From Candidatus Binatia bacterium (GTDB lineage: Bacteria > Desulfobacterota > Binatia > Bin18), in the NCBI GenBank assembly GCA_963666315.2, contig CAXXHG010000010.1, positions 1 to 64,000 on the forward strand: a DNA stretch of 64,000 nt, written 5' to 3'. The notes beneath the pieces are model-generated. The model saw only the letters and a program-made list of their open reading frames with translations. It had not been told where the DNA came from and made no database searches. Positions 20,137 through 30,263 of this stretch are shown piece by piece (the stretch's first letter is position 1; each line of letters begins with the position of its first letter). The position numbers were made by a program, and so were the translations under genes.

Positions 20137-20487
20137 ATGTCGTACCATCCCGCCCTACTGCGGGCAGTCAAGGATTTTAATTCCGGTCGCTACTTCGAGG
20201 CCCACGAATATCTGGAAGAAGCCTTGGACGACGTGGAGGACGATGACAATACCTGGGAGATGTTTGTCGGCCTGATTCAAATCGCGGTTGGGTATCACAA
20301 ATGTTCGTCGGGCTATCCTGGTGGAAAGAAGATGCTCGGACTAGGATTAAAGAAAGTCACTCCGCTGCCAGATGAGTGCGCAGGACTCCGTTTGGAGGCG
20401 CTCAGACGGCGAGTGCGCTCAGATCTGGAGCAAGAGCAAAACATGCGTCAAGATCCACCCAGAATTCAATTAGTTCGCCTCGACTGA
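20137..20487 (+). CDS. DUF309 domain protein
   Basis: FNSGRYFEAHEYLEE, GLIQIAVGYHK. Confidence 0.8.
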   Translation: MSYHPALLRAVKDFNSGRYFEAHEYLEEALDDVEDDDNTWEMFVGLIQIAVGYHKCSSGYPGGKKMLGLGLKKVTPLPDECAGLRLEALRRRVRSDLEQEQNMRQDPPRIQLVRLD

Positions 20488-20500
20488 AAGGAGAATACAC

Positions 20501-21283
20501 ATGGAGTTCAAGATGAAAATATACAGATGTACAAACGTAAAGGTCTGGCTCATGACCACCATCTTCGTGGCCGGCTTCGGCTTCCTCTCTTCCCCTGGAG
20601 ATGCAGACCAGCACGAGTCCTCCGACGACGCCGTTCAACAAGCCCCTCCGTTAGACTTGGCCGTGGTCGATAAACTGCTCACTACTACGCGCACGGTCCG
20701 CAGACGGCTCGATCTGACGTGGCCGGTTGAACCGGAGATTATTGAGGAAGCCATTGAGGTCGCCATTCAAGCGCCGAGCGGCAGCAATCGCCAAAACTGG
20801 CGTTTTATGGTGATCACCGACCCGAACAAGAAGAAGGCGATTGCCGACCTGTACGCCAAGAGCTTCAAGAGTTATGCGGGGCCGCGTCCAGTAGACAAGC
20901 CGACCACCTCAGGCGGGCGCATTGCCGCCTCGGCCTGGCATTTGGTTGACCATATGCACGAAGTGCCCGTGCTTATCATTGCCTGCATTGAGGGCCGAGC
21001 CGAAAACCCCAGCCCCGTTGCACAAGCTGGATTGTATGGATCGATCCTCCCGTCCGCATGGTCGTTGATGCTGGCGTTACGTGCCCGAGGACTGGGCTCC
21101 GCCTGGACCACCTTGCATCTTGTCCACGAAAAAGAAGTCGCGCAGATACTCGGTATCCCCGACTCTGTTACCCAAGCCGTCCTCCTACCCGTGGCCTACT
21201 ACACAGGCAAGGATTTTAAACCTGGCCGTCGCCGTCCGGGCAAAGAGGTCACGTATTGGAATACGTGGGGAAAGGGACGTTAA
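20501..21283 (+). CDS. Nitroreductase family protein with N-terminal extension
   Basis: TTTRTVRRRL, QAPSGSNRQNW, RARGLGSAWTT. Confidence 0.85.
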   Translation: MEFKMKIYRCTNVKVWLMTTIFVAGFGFLSSPGDADQHESSDDAVQQAPPLDLAVVDKLLTTTRTVRRRLDLTWPVEPEIIEEAIEVAIQAPSGSNRQNWRFMVITDPNKKKAIADLYAKSFKSYAGPRPVDKPTTSGGRIAASAWHLVDHMHEVPVLIIACIEGRAENPSPVAQAGLYGSILPSAWSLMLALRARGLGSAWTTLHLVHEKEVAQILGIPDSVTQAVLLPVAYYTGKDFKPGRRRPGKEVTYWNTWGKGR

Positions 21284-21341
21284 GAAAATAAGCGACTAAA
21301 GGGGCGGGCTCTTAGACAGCTCAATATGACCCGGTAGGAGG

Positions 21342-21539
21342 CTAGGGATCTCCTCGCATTACAGAAAGGTCTCCATGCCATAGGCCAGAATGGGCGAGTT
21401 TTAGGATGCACTTCGCCTTAACACGGCGGACAAAGTCATCAAGAGCTCTGTTGACTACATCAGAAAGGCTTCGTTCTCCGCTGAGACGTAAAGCTTCATC
21501 GAGCAGAAACTCATCCAACACAATATTTGCGCGTTTCAT
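21342..21539 (-). CDS. VapB-like antitoxin (RHH, DUF2191-like), orphan
   Basis: MKRANIVLDEFLLDEALRLSG...VVNRALDDFVRR...WHGDLSVMR. Confidence 0.7.
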   Translation of the reverse strand: MKRANIVLDEFLLDEALRLSGERSLSDVVNRALDDFVRRVKAKCILKLAHSGLWHGDLSVMRGDP

Positions 21540-21569
21540 ACGTATAAGCATTTGGTGATAAGATTCAGC

Positions 21570-22853
21570 TCATTTGGATCCCACCCGCAAAATTGCGCCA
21601 CGTTTTTCGAGGTGTTGCTGAAGTTCCTTTACATCCACAGCATTGGGACTAAGCCCAGTTTGGACCGCAAGCGCAGCGGCGGTACCGGCGGCTTCACCGG
21701 TTGCCATGCAGGCGGGGATTTCTTTAGTGGCGTGGTGGACACGATGATCGACGGAGATGCAGCGACCAGCCACAAGCAAGTTTGAAAATTCTTTCGCCAA
21801 TAGGGAACGGTATGGGATGTAGTACAGGGCTTCGTATTTGGTCCAATGGCCGGTAATGGCGATCACATCGTCACAAGGTTGGTCTATATCATCGCGACCA
21901 AGCGTATACTCACCAACCAACCGACGACTCTCGGTAATGCCGAGCTGGTCGGCAATGTGACACAGATAGGCGTTTTTAAAGCCAGGAGCCTCTTGCCTGA
22001 GACGATCAACCTCTGCCATGACTTGCTTGCGACATTCCAGTTCGGCATAGGTCAGGTCGTCCGGGTCGGTGGCGTCAATCTTTCTGGAGATCTTGTCAGT
22101 CGCGCCCCACGGCAGGAGGACTTTGTCTTTGCCAATAGTGTGAAAAAACCAGCCGCCGGCTCGGATCGCTTCGTCAGGATTTTCAACCCCGCCCATGGAA
22201 AACCATAACCAGGGCAGAACCTTCTCTTTTTCATACTCGGCACCAGCTGAGACAAAAACATCTCCGTCACCGCTGGCGTCGATCACAACATCGGCCAGAA
22301 TCGCAAAGCGGCCCGACTTGGCCTGAAAAGTCACGCCGGTGATGCGATCAGCATCAACCAAGGCGTCACATGCCTGGGCGTGCAGGAGTAATTGGACCTT
22401 GGCAGCTTCGACCATTTCATTAAGGGCAAACTTGAGTTCTTCCGGATCGTAGGCCACGGAATAGCGCACGCGGTGCGGACCGTGGCCCCAAACGAGCCCC
22501 CACGATTGATCGCGCTGCACGAGAGCCGCCGCATCACTGCCCCACTCATTTTTCGAAGGGAACTGGGCCGCGCCGCGCTGGTCAAGCCGTTCAGTCACTT
22601 CTTGGCATAAGCCACCGACGACCTGCCGACCACATCCGTCATCAAGCGTGAGTAGTAGGATAATCATGCCGCCGGTGGCTAAGCCGCCCAAATAACCCAG
22701 GCGTTCGACCAGGATGACGTCCGCACCACTTCGTGCAGCCGCCACAGCGGCCGAGACGCCGGCAGAGCCGCCACCGATCACTAGGACTTGCGTTTCGGCT
22801 TTGACTGGCGTGGAGCGGGCAGGCTCTTGAATGACGTGGAGAGGTTTTGGCAT
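21570..22853 (-). CDS. FAD-dependent oxidoreductase
   Basis: VIGGGSAG, LGGLATGG, IDASGDGD, IPYRSL, AGRCIS. Confidence 0.88.
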   Translation of the reverse strand: MPKPLHVIQEPARSTPVKAETQVLVIGGGSAGVSAAVAAARSGADVILVERLGYLGGLATGGMIILLLTLDDGCGRQVVGGLCQEVTERLDQRGAAQFPSKNEWGSDAAALVQRDQSWGLVWGHGPHRVRYSVAYDPEELKFALNEMVEAAKVQLLLHAQACDALVDADRITGVTFQAKSGRFAILADVVIDASGDGDVFVSAGAEYEKEKVLPWLWFSMGGVENPDEAIRAGGWFFHTIGKDKVLLPWGATDKISRKIDATDPDDLTYAELECRKQVMAEVDRLRQEAPGFKNAYLCHIADQLGITESRRLVGEYTLGRDDIDQPCDDVIAITGHWTKYEALYYIPYRSLLAKEFSNLLVAGRCISVDHRVHHATKEIPACMATGEAAGTAAALAVQTGLSPNAVDVKELQQHLEKRGAILRVGSK

Positions 22854-22931
22854 GCTGTGCTGCCTCCCAATAAGAAGGTGGATCTATAAGGACCTAGCCT
22901 ACACCCCCAGCCCCTAGCCCCTAATCCCCAC

Positions 22932-24047
22932 CTACCACATCTGTCGCAGCAGCCCGAGCAGAGATTCTTGCCCGCCCTGCTGGCTGTGCCAGATGGCGCT
23001 TTCTTTGTGGACTTCTTCAGCGACAATGGGCAGTTCGTCTTCCTTGGCGCCGACATCACGAAGACGAGTAGGTACGTCGAGCGATTTAATAAACGCCTCC
23101 ACCGTGTCCGCTGCCTCGTCCGCAACGTCTTCAGGTTTTCGTCCATCGGTTTGGACGCCAAAGGCCTCGGCAATCATGACCTGCTGATCCAACGTCTGCG
23201 GAGCAAGAAAACGCATGCAGTGCGGGATGGTGATGCAGGAGGTAATCCCGTGCGGCACATCCCAGCGTGCGCCGATTTGGTGACCGAAAATATGACTCAA
23301 ACGCACGCCGACATTCATCAACCCAAAGATAGACAGCCAAGCCGCGACTTGGCATTCACCCCTCGCATCCAGATTCTCAGGTTCATGTATGCACACCGGG
23401 AGATAGCGGTGCAGCTTACGGATGGCGGCCACGGCCAACACATCTGTCACCGGCTGAGGATGCACTGACCAAATGGCTTCAATGGCGTGGTCCATGGCCT
23501 TCATGCCGGTTGCAGTCCACAGTTGCTTGGGCGTCGGCAAGGTCACTTCAGGATCGAGAATGACCGTCTTGGGCACAATGCGCGGATCAGTCCGCAGACC
23601 TTTGACTCGTGTATCTTCATCGGTGATACCGGCAAAAGGTGTAAATTCTCCAGCGGACAAGGTGGTTGAAATCGCAATCTGCGGCATAGCCTCTTGACGC
23701 TGGCCATCCTCCAGCAACTCGAGAGCCACGATCTTGGCCGCATCAATCGGACTGCCGCCACCAAAGGCAATAAGCGAATCCGCATTAATCTCTCGCGCCT
23801 GTTCCGCCGCAGCGGTGACGGTCCGGCTAGGCACGTGTTGCCGAATGCCGCTATTCGTACCAGCCCAGCGATCACCCAGCAGGTTTTCCAGCTTCTGGAC
23901 GAGATCGGTTTTGGTCGCAAGACTATTACCGGTCAAAATGAGCGCCCGGTTCTTACCCAGCCGGTCAAGTTCGTCATTCACTTTGGCCAGCGAGCCAACC
24001 CCAAAGATGACCTTCTCAAGCATGGGGAATGTATACTCACAGATCAT
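22932..24047 (-). CDS. Iron-containing alcohol dehydrogenase family protein
   Basis: GGGSPID, TTLSAGE, DHAIE, SHIFGH, VPHG. Confidence 0.88.
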   Translation of the reverse strand: MICEYTFPMLEKVIFGVGSLAKVNDELDRLGKNRALILTGNSLATKTDLVQKLENLLGDRWAGTNSGIRQHVPSRTVTAAAEQAREINADSLIAFGGGSPIDAAKIVALELLEDGQRQEAMPQIAISTTLSAGEFTPFAGITDEDTRVKGLRTDPRIVPKTVILDPEVTLPTPKQLWTATGMKAMDHAIEAIWSVHPQPVTDVLAVAAIRKLHRYLPVCIHEPENLDARGECQVAAWLSIFGLMNVGVRLSHIFGHQIGARWDVPHGITSCITIPHCMRFLAPQTLDQQVMIAEAFGVQTDGRKPEDVADEAADTVEAFIKSLDVPTRLRDVGAKEDELPIVAEEVHKESAIWHSQQGGQESLLGLLRQMW

Positions 24048-24099
24048 GCCGCCTCCTTATTATCCTGACTATCCTGATCGTTAGCTTTGCCTACTATCG

Positions 24100-25845
24100 C
24101 TATTCCAGCCCGGCTTTGCGTAGATTCTCAAGCTGGTGCTCAATCACCTCGGCATCTTTATAGGGCATACGTCCCTGAGCAATGGCGAGGGAATAATGCG
24201 GATTAATGCGTAAGATTTCTTTTGCTTCAATGTGAGCGGCTGCGTGTTGACCTGCCTCACTATAGGATGCCGCATAGGATGCCGCGAGCATCAGATGCGC
24301 CACCAGGTGATCCGGGTTCCGCGTGACTACCCGTTTGAGAAGGGAAATGGCCGCTTCGTTATTTTCCAACAGCCGCTGCGCGTGCCCCAGAGCCCACAGA
24401 TAGTCGGGCGTGTAACGCGGATTGAGGCGCATGGCTTGCTCGATGAGCGGTACGGCCTCCGCCGGTTGGCCCGCAAAGCTCAGGATTTCTCCTAAACTGA
24501 CATAGGCGTCTGCAAAATTAGGGTCATAGCTAAGGGCTGTACGCGCTTCGGAGATCGCCTCGTCGTACTGCTGTTTTGCCAACAGGGCGTAGGCCAGCGT
24601 TTCGTGGGCGGTGGGTTGACTCTCCTCTAGTTCCACAGCTTTAGGCCTATAGGTGAACACTTTTTCAATTGTACAGGGATCAACGTTCCACTGGTTGACC
24701 ACCTCCTTGAGATACGTGCGGCCGAGAAAGGCATAGTCCGGATCGAGCCCGATCGCCTGCTCAAACAGCCGGCGGGCCTGCATATTTGCTTCTCGAACGA
24801 GGCGTCTATATTCTTCCCGTCCGCGTACAAAGGCGTCATACGCCTCAAGGTTCTGAGTTGGTGCGCTGCCCACGCGCGCCTGCTCTCCCGCCGTGAGTTT
24901 TACTGCTAAGGCAGACACAATCTGCTGCAGGACCTCATCCTGAAGGGAAAAAATATCGTCAAGCTGTCCGTCGTACCGTTCGGCCCAGAGATGATAGCCG
25001 GTGGTGGCATCGATTAACTGGGCTGTAATGCGGACGCGGTTGCCCGCTTTGCGCACACTGCCCTCAAGAATATAGCGTACGCCGAGTTCTGTACTCACCT
25101 CTTCAGGTTTGACAGTCGAGCCTTTATACAAAAAGACCGAATTGCGTGGAATAATGAATAAGCTGGAGATCTTCGACAGATCGGTGATCAGGTCTTCGGG
25201 CAGGACGGCGATTGGGGGTTTGTCGGGTAAAGTAGGCGGCTGTTGCGAAACAGTTGCGGCAGGAGCAGAAGCCGCTTCCGTCTGTCCTCCCATCTCCGGG
25301 TCCATCAGGACGCGGTAAACGCGAATGGGTTTGATGATATTTTTGACCGTCTGCTCGCCCAGATCCTGGTAGCCGAGGTCGAGCTTGCCCTCGACCTGGT
25401 CATACACCGTGCCGGAGATACAGACCCCACCCCCGTCGGCCAGACCTTCAATCCGAGCGGCAATATGCACCCCATCTCCGTAGATCCGCTCGGCTTCAAC
25501 GATAACGTCTCCAACGTTCAGGCCAATGCGAAAGAGCATCTTCCGAGATTCGGGTAAAGCCGAATTTCTTTCCGCCAATTCTTTCTGCACGGCAACACCA
25601 CACCGGACGGCATCAACCGCACTACCGAACTCGGCCAACAAATTATCTCCAGGCGAGTGGACAACCCGACCATGATGCTGCTGTATCAGGGAGGAAAAAA
25701 CCTCACGATAGGCCGTCAGGGTGCGGATAGTCGCCTCTTCATCATCGCCCATGAGACGGCTATAGCCTTGTACATCCGTACTGAAGATGGCGGACAGTCG
25801 TCGTTCCACCCGGCTCGTCATTGTGTGGGCATCTGCTTCTGCCAT
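24100..25845 (-). CDS. Class III adenylate/guanylate cyclase with TolB-like and TPR domains (internal deletions)
   Basis: STDVQGYSRL, GDNLLAEF, RIGLNVGD, YGDGVHIAARIE, LEGSVR, TPR tail. Confidence 0.85.
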   Translation of the reverse strand: MAEADAHTMTSRVERRLSAIFSTDVQGYSRLMGDDEEATIRTLTAYREVFSSLIQQHHGRVVHSPGDNLLAEFGSAVDAVRCGVAVQKELAERNSALPESRKMLFRIGLNVGDVIVEAERIYGDGVHIAARIEGLADGGGVCISGTVYDQVEGKLDLGYQDLGEQTVKNIIKPIRVYRVLMDPEMGGQTEAASAPAATVSQQPPTLPDKPPIAVLPEDLITDLSKISSLFIIPRNSVFLYKGSTVKPEEVSTELGVRYILEGSVRKAGNRVRITAQLIDATTGYHLWAERYDGQLDDIFSLQDEVLQQIVSALAVKLTAGEQARVGSAPTQNLEAYDAFVRGREEYRRLVREANMQARRLFEQAIGLDPDYAFLGRTYLKEVVNQWNVDPCTIEKVFTYRPKAVELEESQPTAHETLAYALLAKQQYDEAISEARTALSYDPNFADAYVSLGEILSFAGQPAEAVPLIEQAMRLNPRYTPDYLWALGHAQRLLENNEAAISLLKRVVTRNPDHLVAHLMLAASYAASYSEAGQHAAAHIEAKEILRINPHYSLAIAQGRMPYKDAEVIEHQLENLRKAGLE

Positions 25846-25978
25846 GCGCCGTCATTATCTGGGCGACGCTCGGGGTTTGTCAATCGGTTATACGGTTGTG
25901 GACAAACGGATATGGCAGGTTTCAGCTTGCATACGGGTGTGTTCTCCGACACAGTACGGGTCGAAGGAGGAAGGCAAA

Positions 25979-26758
25979 ATGCAATGCAGACCGACACCCC
26001 TGATCGCGCTCATCCTGTGGCTGGCAAGCACCCCGGCCTGGGCCCTCGATGAAAGCAAACTGATCGACCTGACCTACACCTTTGATGAGCACACCATCTC
26101 ATGGCCGACGGCAAAACCCTACGAACTCGAAGTCGTGGCCGCAGGAAAAACAGAAGCAGGCTATTGGTATGCGGCCAATAATTTTTGTCTCTCAGAGCAC
26201 AGCGGCACCCACATGGACGCGCCGATTCATTTTGCACAGGGCAAACGTGCCGCTAGTGAGGTTCCGCTACAACAGCTGATCGGTCCAGCCGTCGTCATCG
26301 ATGTGAGCGCAAAAGCAGCTCGGGACGCGGACTATCGGGTCGTGATTACAGACATTGAGGCTTGGGAATTACAGCATGGACAGATTCCCAAAGGGGCGAT
26401 CATACTTATGTTCAGCGGCTGGGGACAATACTGGCCGGACAAAAAACGCTATCTGGGTACGGACCAACCTGGTGATGTTGAGAATTTGCACTTCCCCGGC
26501 TTCTCGCGTGAGGCCGCCGAGTTCTTGGTGTCACAACGCGACATTGACGCCGTTGGCGTGGATACACCGAGTATCGACTATGGTCAGTCCACAAACTTCA
26601 TTGTGCACCAGGTTATTAATGGTGCGGATAAACCCGGTTTAGAGAACGTGGCGAACCTGGACCACATGCCGCCAGCAGGTGCGACGCTCATTGCCCTGCC
26701 GATGAAGATTGCCAAAGGCTCGGGCGCGCCAGTCCGGATTATCGCTATTCTTCCATGA
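25979..26758 (+). CDS. Cyclase/kynurenine formamidase family protein with signal peptide
   Basis: EHSGTHMDAPIHF, HFPG, GVDTPSID, LENVAN. Confidence 0.88.
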   Translation: MQCRPTPLIALILWLASTPAWALDESKLIDLTYTFDEHTISWPTAKPYELEVVAAGKTEAGYWYAANNFCLSEHSGTHMDAPIHFAQGKRAASEVPLQQLIGPAVVIDVSAKAARDADYRVVITDIEAWELQHGQIPKGAIILMFSGWGQYWPDKKRYLGTDQPGDVENLHFPGFSREAAEFLVSQRDIDAVGVDTPSIDYGQSTNFIVHQVINGADKPGLENVANLDHMPPAGATLIALPMKIAKGSGAPVRIIAILP

Positions 26759-26938
26759 GCAGGCCTGGTGCAGACCCCCTCACAACGCCCGGAGTATCCG
26801 CTCGAAATCTTTCCGATCAATGATTCTCAGAACGACAACCATCTGTCCTTGGACAGGAATCTGAAAAGTGCCGTTCACGCACCCTTTGCTTTCTGGTACA
26901 GTTTCTCCCTATCCTCACCAAGATAGGGAGGCGTTCTC

Positions 26939-27871
26939 ATGAGTGGAGTAAAAATTGGGATCGGCTTTGGCCTGTGGGGACTCGGCTTACCGAGCCCCGA
27001 CACGATCTGCGATTATGCCGAGCGGGCCGAAGATATGGGCATCGATTCGATATGGTTGTCTGACCATATCGTGGCGCGTAATCCGTCGTTCGACACGGCC
27101 TGTATTATGGCCATGTGGGCGGGTCGGACCAAGAAAATAAAAATGGGCCCGAGTGTTCTGACGATGCCGGCCCGCAATCCCGTGCAGGTCGCGAAAACCT
27201 ACGCAACGTTGGATTATCTGTCCGGGAGCTGTAATCGTATTATTATGGCTGTCGGTCTCGGCAGCGACCCCAAAGACTGTCTAGCCAGCGGCGTTCCGCT
27301 CGAAAAACGCGGCAAACGCATGCAGGAGGCAGTGGAGGTCATGCGCAAGCTGTGGGCAGGTCCCAACGTCACGCACGAAGGGGAATTCTACCAGTTTGAG
27401 GACGTGACCATAGAGCCGAGACCGGCAAAAGGCGCACTCGATGTCTGGATAGGCGGCGGGAGCGACTTAGCCATCAAACGCGCAGTACGCTACGGCGATG
27501 GCTGGTTCCCGTCATTGGTCACCCCCCAGGAATATGCAACCGGACTTGAGAAGATGGCCGAATACGGCAAGCAATATGGCCGCAAGGTGGACCCGGGTGA
27601 GACCGGCGTCCTTATCTTTACCCACATCAACGAAAATAAAGAAAAGGCCAACGACGTTGCCCGTGCCTTTCTTTCGGAATTTCCGGCCATGTCAGCCGAA
27701 CCACTCATCGCTCGCTCTGCGATTGGTCCGGCCGAAGCTTGCATAGAGAAAGTCCAGGCCTATGTTGATGCCGGCTGCTCGAAATTCGTCCTGTGGCCGA
27801 TTGCCGCGCCGGCTCAACTTGTGGGTCAGGTGGCAACCTTTGGCCAAAAAATAGTTCCCCACTTTTCATAA
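26939..27871 (+). CDS. LLM-class flavin-dependent oxidoreductase
   Basis: DSIWLSDH, WIGGGS, YGDGW. Confidence 0.88.
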   Translation: MSGVKIGIGFGLWGLGLPSPDTICDYAERAEDMGIDSIWLSDHIVARNPSFDTACIMAMWAGRTKKIKMGPSVLTMPARNPVQVAKTYATLDYLSGSCNRIIMAVGLGSDPKDCLASGVPLEKRGKRMQEAVEVMRKLWAGPNVTHEGEFYQFEDVTIEPRPAKGALDVWIGGGSDLAIKRAVRYGDGWFPSLVTPQEYATGLEKMAEYGKQYGRKVDPGETGVLIFTHINENKEKANDVARAFLSEFPAMSAEPLIARSAIGPAEACIEKVQAYVDAGCSKFVLWPIAAPAQLVGQVATFGQKIVPHFS

Positions 27872-27955
27872 ACACCCACAGGCCAAAAGACTGCGGAGGG
27901 CGGAGCTCTCGCCCCCGCACCAACCCGCATTATTCAGCATTCACAACCAAGACGT

Positions 27956-29560
27956 ATGGACCGTATTGAAAGTAAGATAAAAGCCAATTCGCCGGAATTC
28001 CAAGAAAACGCGGTCCATATGGCTGGGCTGGTGGAGACGCTCAAAAAAGAAGTTGCCACGGCGCAGCTCGGCGGCCCAGAAGCCTCTCGTGAGCGGCATA
28101 AAGCGCGCGGCAAAATGCTCGCCCGTGAACGGATCGAAGCCCTGGTCGATCCGAATACACCCTTTCTTGAATTCTCCCCCCTCGCCGCCTACGGCATGTA
28201 TGATAGCCCACCGTCGGCGGGCATTGTCACCGGCATCGGGCTGGTGCATGGCCGCGAGACCGTCATTGTCTCAAATGATGCCACGGTCAAAGGCGGTACG
28301 TATTACCCCATGACGGTAAAGAAACATCTGCGGGCGCAAGAGATCGCCCAAGAGAATCGGCTGCCGTGTGTCTATTTGGTGGACTCCGGTGGGGCGAATC
28401 TTCCGTTTCAAGCCGACATCTTTCCGGATCGCGAGCACTTTGGGCGCATCTTTTTTAACGAAGCCCGCATGTCGGCCTTGGGTATCCCCCAGATCGCCGT
28501 TGTCATGGGGTCATGTACCGCGGGCGGCGCCTACGTCCCGGCCATGGCGGACGAGAATGTGATTGTCAAAGGCAAAGGGACTATTTTTCTCGGCGGTCCG
28601 CCCCTAGTCAAAGCAGCCACAGGGGAAGAAGTCACAGCGGAAGAACTGGGCGGTGGCGATGTGCATACGCGTTTGTCCGGCGTATCCGACCACCTGGCTG
28701 AGGATGACGAACACGCACTTGAAATCACCCGCTCGATTTTTGAGAATTTGCCACATTCACAGAAATTTCTGCTGGCCCGTGACACGCCGGAAGACCCAGT
28801 GTATGATCCGGACGAGCTGTACGGGGTGATCCCGCATGATACACGTGTCCCGTATGACGTGCATGAAATTATTGCGCGGCTTGTAGACGGCAGCCGCCTG
28901 CACGAGTTCAAACCCCGCTACGGTTCCACCCTCGTCACCGGCTTTGCCCGCATCCACGGCTACCAGGTCGGTATTGTGGCAAACAACGGGGTGCTGTTCT
29001 CAGAGTCTGCGCTCAAGGGATCACATTTCATAGAACTGTGTAGCCAACGAAAAATCCCGCTTCTGTTTTTGCAGAACATCACCGGCTTTATGGTCGGCAA
29101 GAAATATGAACAGGGCGGGATCGCCAAGGATGGGGCGAAAATGGTACACGCCGTTGCTAACGCCCAGGTCCCCAAATTTACGGTGATCATCGGTGCTTCA
29201 AACGGCGCAGGCAACTACGGTATGTGTGGTCGTTCCTACTCGCCCCGCCTGCTGTTTATGTGGCCGAATACACGCATTTCGGTCATGGGCGGTGAGCAGG
29301 CCGCCTCCGTCTTATTAACCGTCAAGCAGCAACAGCTTGAGGCCAAAGGCCACGTCATGACCGCAGGGGAACAGCAGGCATTCACCGCGCCTATCCTGGC
29401 AAAGTATGAGGAAGAGGGCAGTCCGTATTATTCCACCGCCCGGATGTGGGACGACGGCATTCTTGACCCTAAGGATACGCGCGACGTACTCGGACTCAGT
29501 ATCGCCATGTCGTTGAATGCGCCCATCCCGGATCACCGCGTCGGCGTATTTCGTATGTAG
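27956..29560 (+). CDS. 3-methylcrotonyl-CoA carboxylase beta subunit-like carboxyltransferase
   Basis: [46 protein letters not shown] end. Confidence 0.9.
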   Translation: MDRIESKIKANSPEFQENAVHMAGLVETLKKEVATAQLGGPEASRERHKARGKMLARERIEALVDPNTPFLEFSPLAAYGMYDSPPSAGIVTGIGLVHGRETVIVSNDATVKGGTYYPMTVKKHLRAQEIAQENRLPCVYLVDSGGANLPFQADIFPDREHFGRIFFNEARMSALGIPQIAVVMGSCTAGGAYVPAMADENVIVKGKGTIFLGGPPLVKAATGEEVTAEELGGGDVHTRLSGVSDHLAEDDEHALEITRSIFENLPHSQKFLLARDTPEDPVYDPDELYGVIPHDTRVPYDVHEIIARLVDGSRLHEFKPRYGSTLVTGFARIHGYQVGIVANNGVLFSESALKGSHFIELCSQRKIPLLFLQNITGFMVGKKYEQGGIAKDGAKMVHAVANAQVPKFTVIIGASNGAGNYGMCGRSYSPRLLFMWPNTRISVMGGEQAASVLLTVKQQQLEAKGHVMTAGEQQAFTAPILAKYEEEGSPYYSTARMWDDGILDPKDTRDVLGLSIAMSLNAPIPDHRVGVFRM

Positions 29561-29636
29561 CCCCGTCCTTCTCTCTTTTTGCCACGCTCGCTATACTGAC
29601 CCAGAAGCGAAACACAATAAGGAGCAGCGTATTCGC

Positions 29637-30263
29637 ATGACCTCGCAACGCACTTCGCCCGAAATAACCCAAGCCAGCTTGGCCTCGACACCGGCGTCGC
29701 ATCCTCAGCAGGATATTGAAGACAACGTCCGACAAATTCTCCGCCACATAGGAGAAGACCCGGATCGGGAAGGTTTACTCAAAACTCCGCACCGAGTCGC
29801 ACGTGCCTTCGAATATCACACCAAAGGGTACGCACAGGACCCAAAAGAAGTCATTAGTGGGGCGATATTCACCGATGAAGACTACCAAGAAATGATCTTG
29901 GTCAAGGACATCGATTTCTACTCCTTGTGCGAGCACCACATGCTGCCCTTCTTTGGGCGTGCGCATGTGGCCTATATCCCGAACAAACATATTGTCGGTA
30001 TCAGCAAAATCGTCCGGTTGGTTGAGGTCTACGCGCGACGCCTGCAAATCCAAGAACGCCTGACAACCCAGGTGGCCAATACGCTTATGGAAGCACTGAG
30101 TCCATTGGGCGTCGGGGTGATCATTACGGCCGAGCATCTGTGTATGCGCATGCGCGGGGTGGAGAAACAGAACTCGATAGTCACCACGAGCGCGACGTTA
30201 GGCGCGTTCCGGACCCACCAGGAAACCCGGGAAGAATTTATGACCTTGGTGCACGGGCGTTAG
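29637..30263 (+). CDS. folE: GTP cyclohydrolase I
   Basis: [39 protein letters not shown]. Confidence 0.95.
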   Translation: MTSQRTSPEITQASLASTPASHPQQDIEDNVRQILRHIGEDPDREGLLKTPHRVARAFEYHTKGYAQDPKEVISGAIFTDEDYQEMILVKDIDFYSLCEHHMLPFFGRAHVAYIPNKHIVGISKIVRLVEVYARRLQIQERLTTQVANTLMEALSPLGVGVIITAEHLCMRMRGVEKQNSIVTTSATLGAFRTHQETREEFMTLVHGR

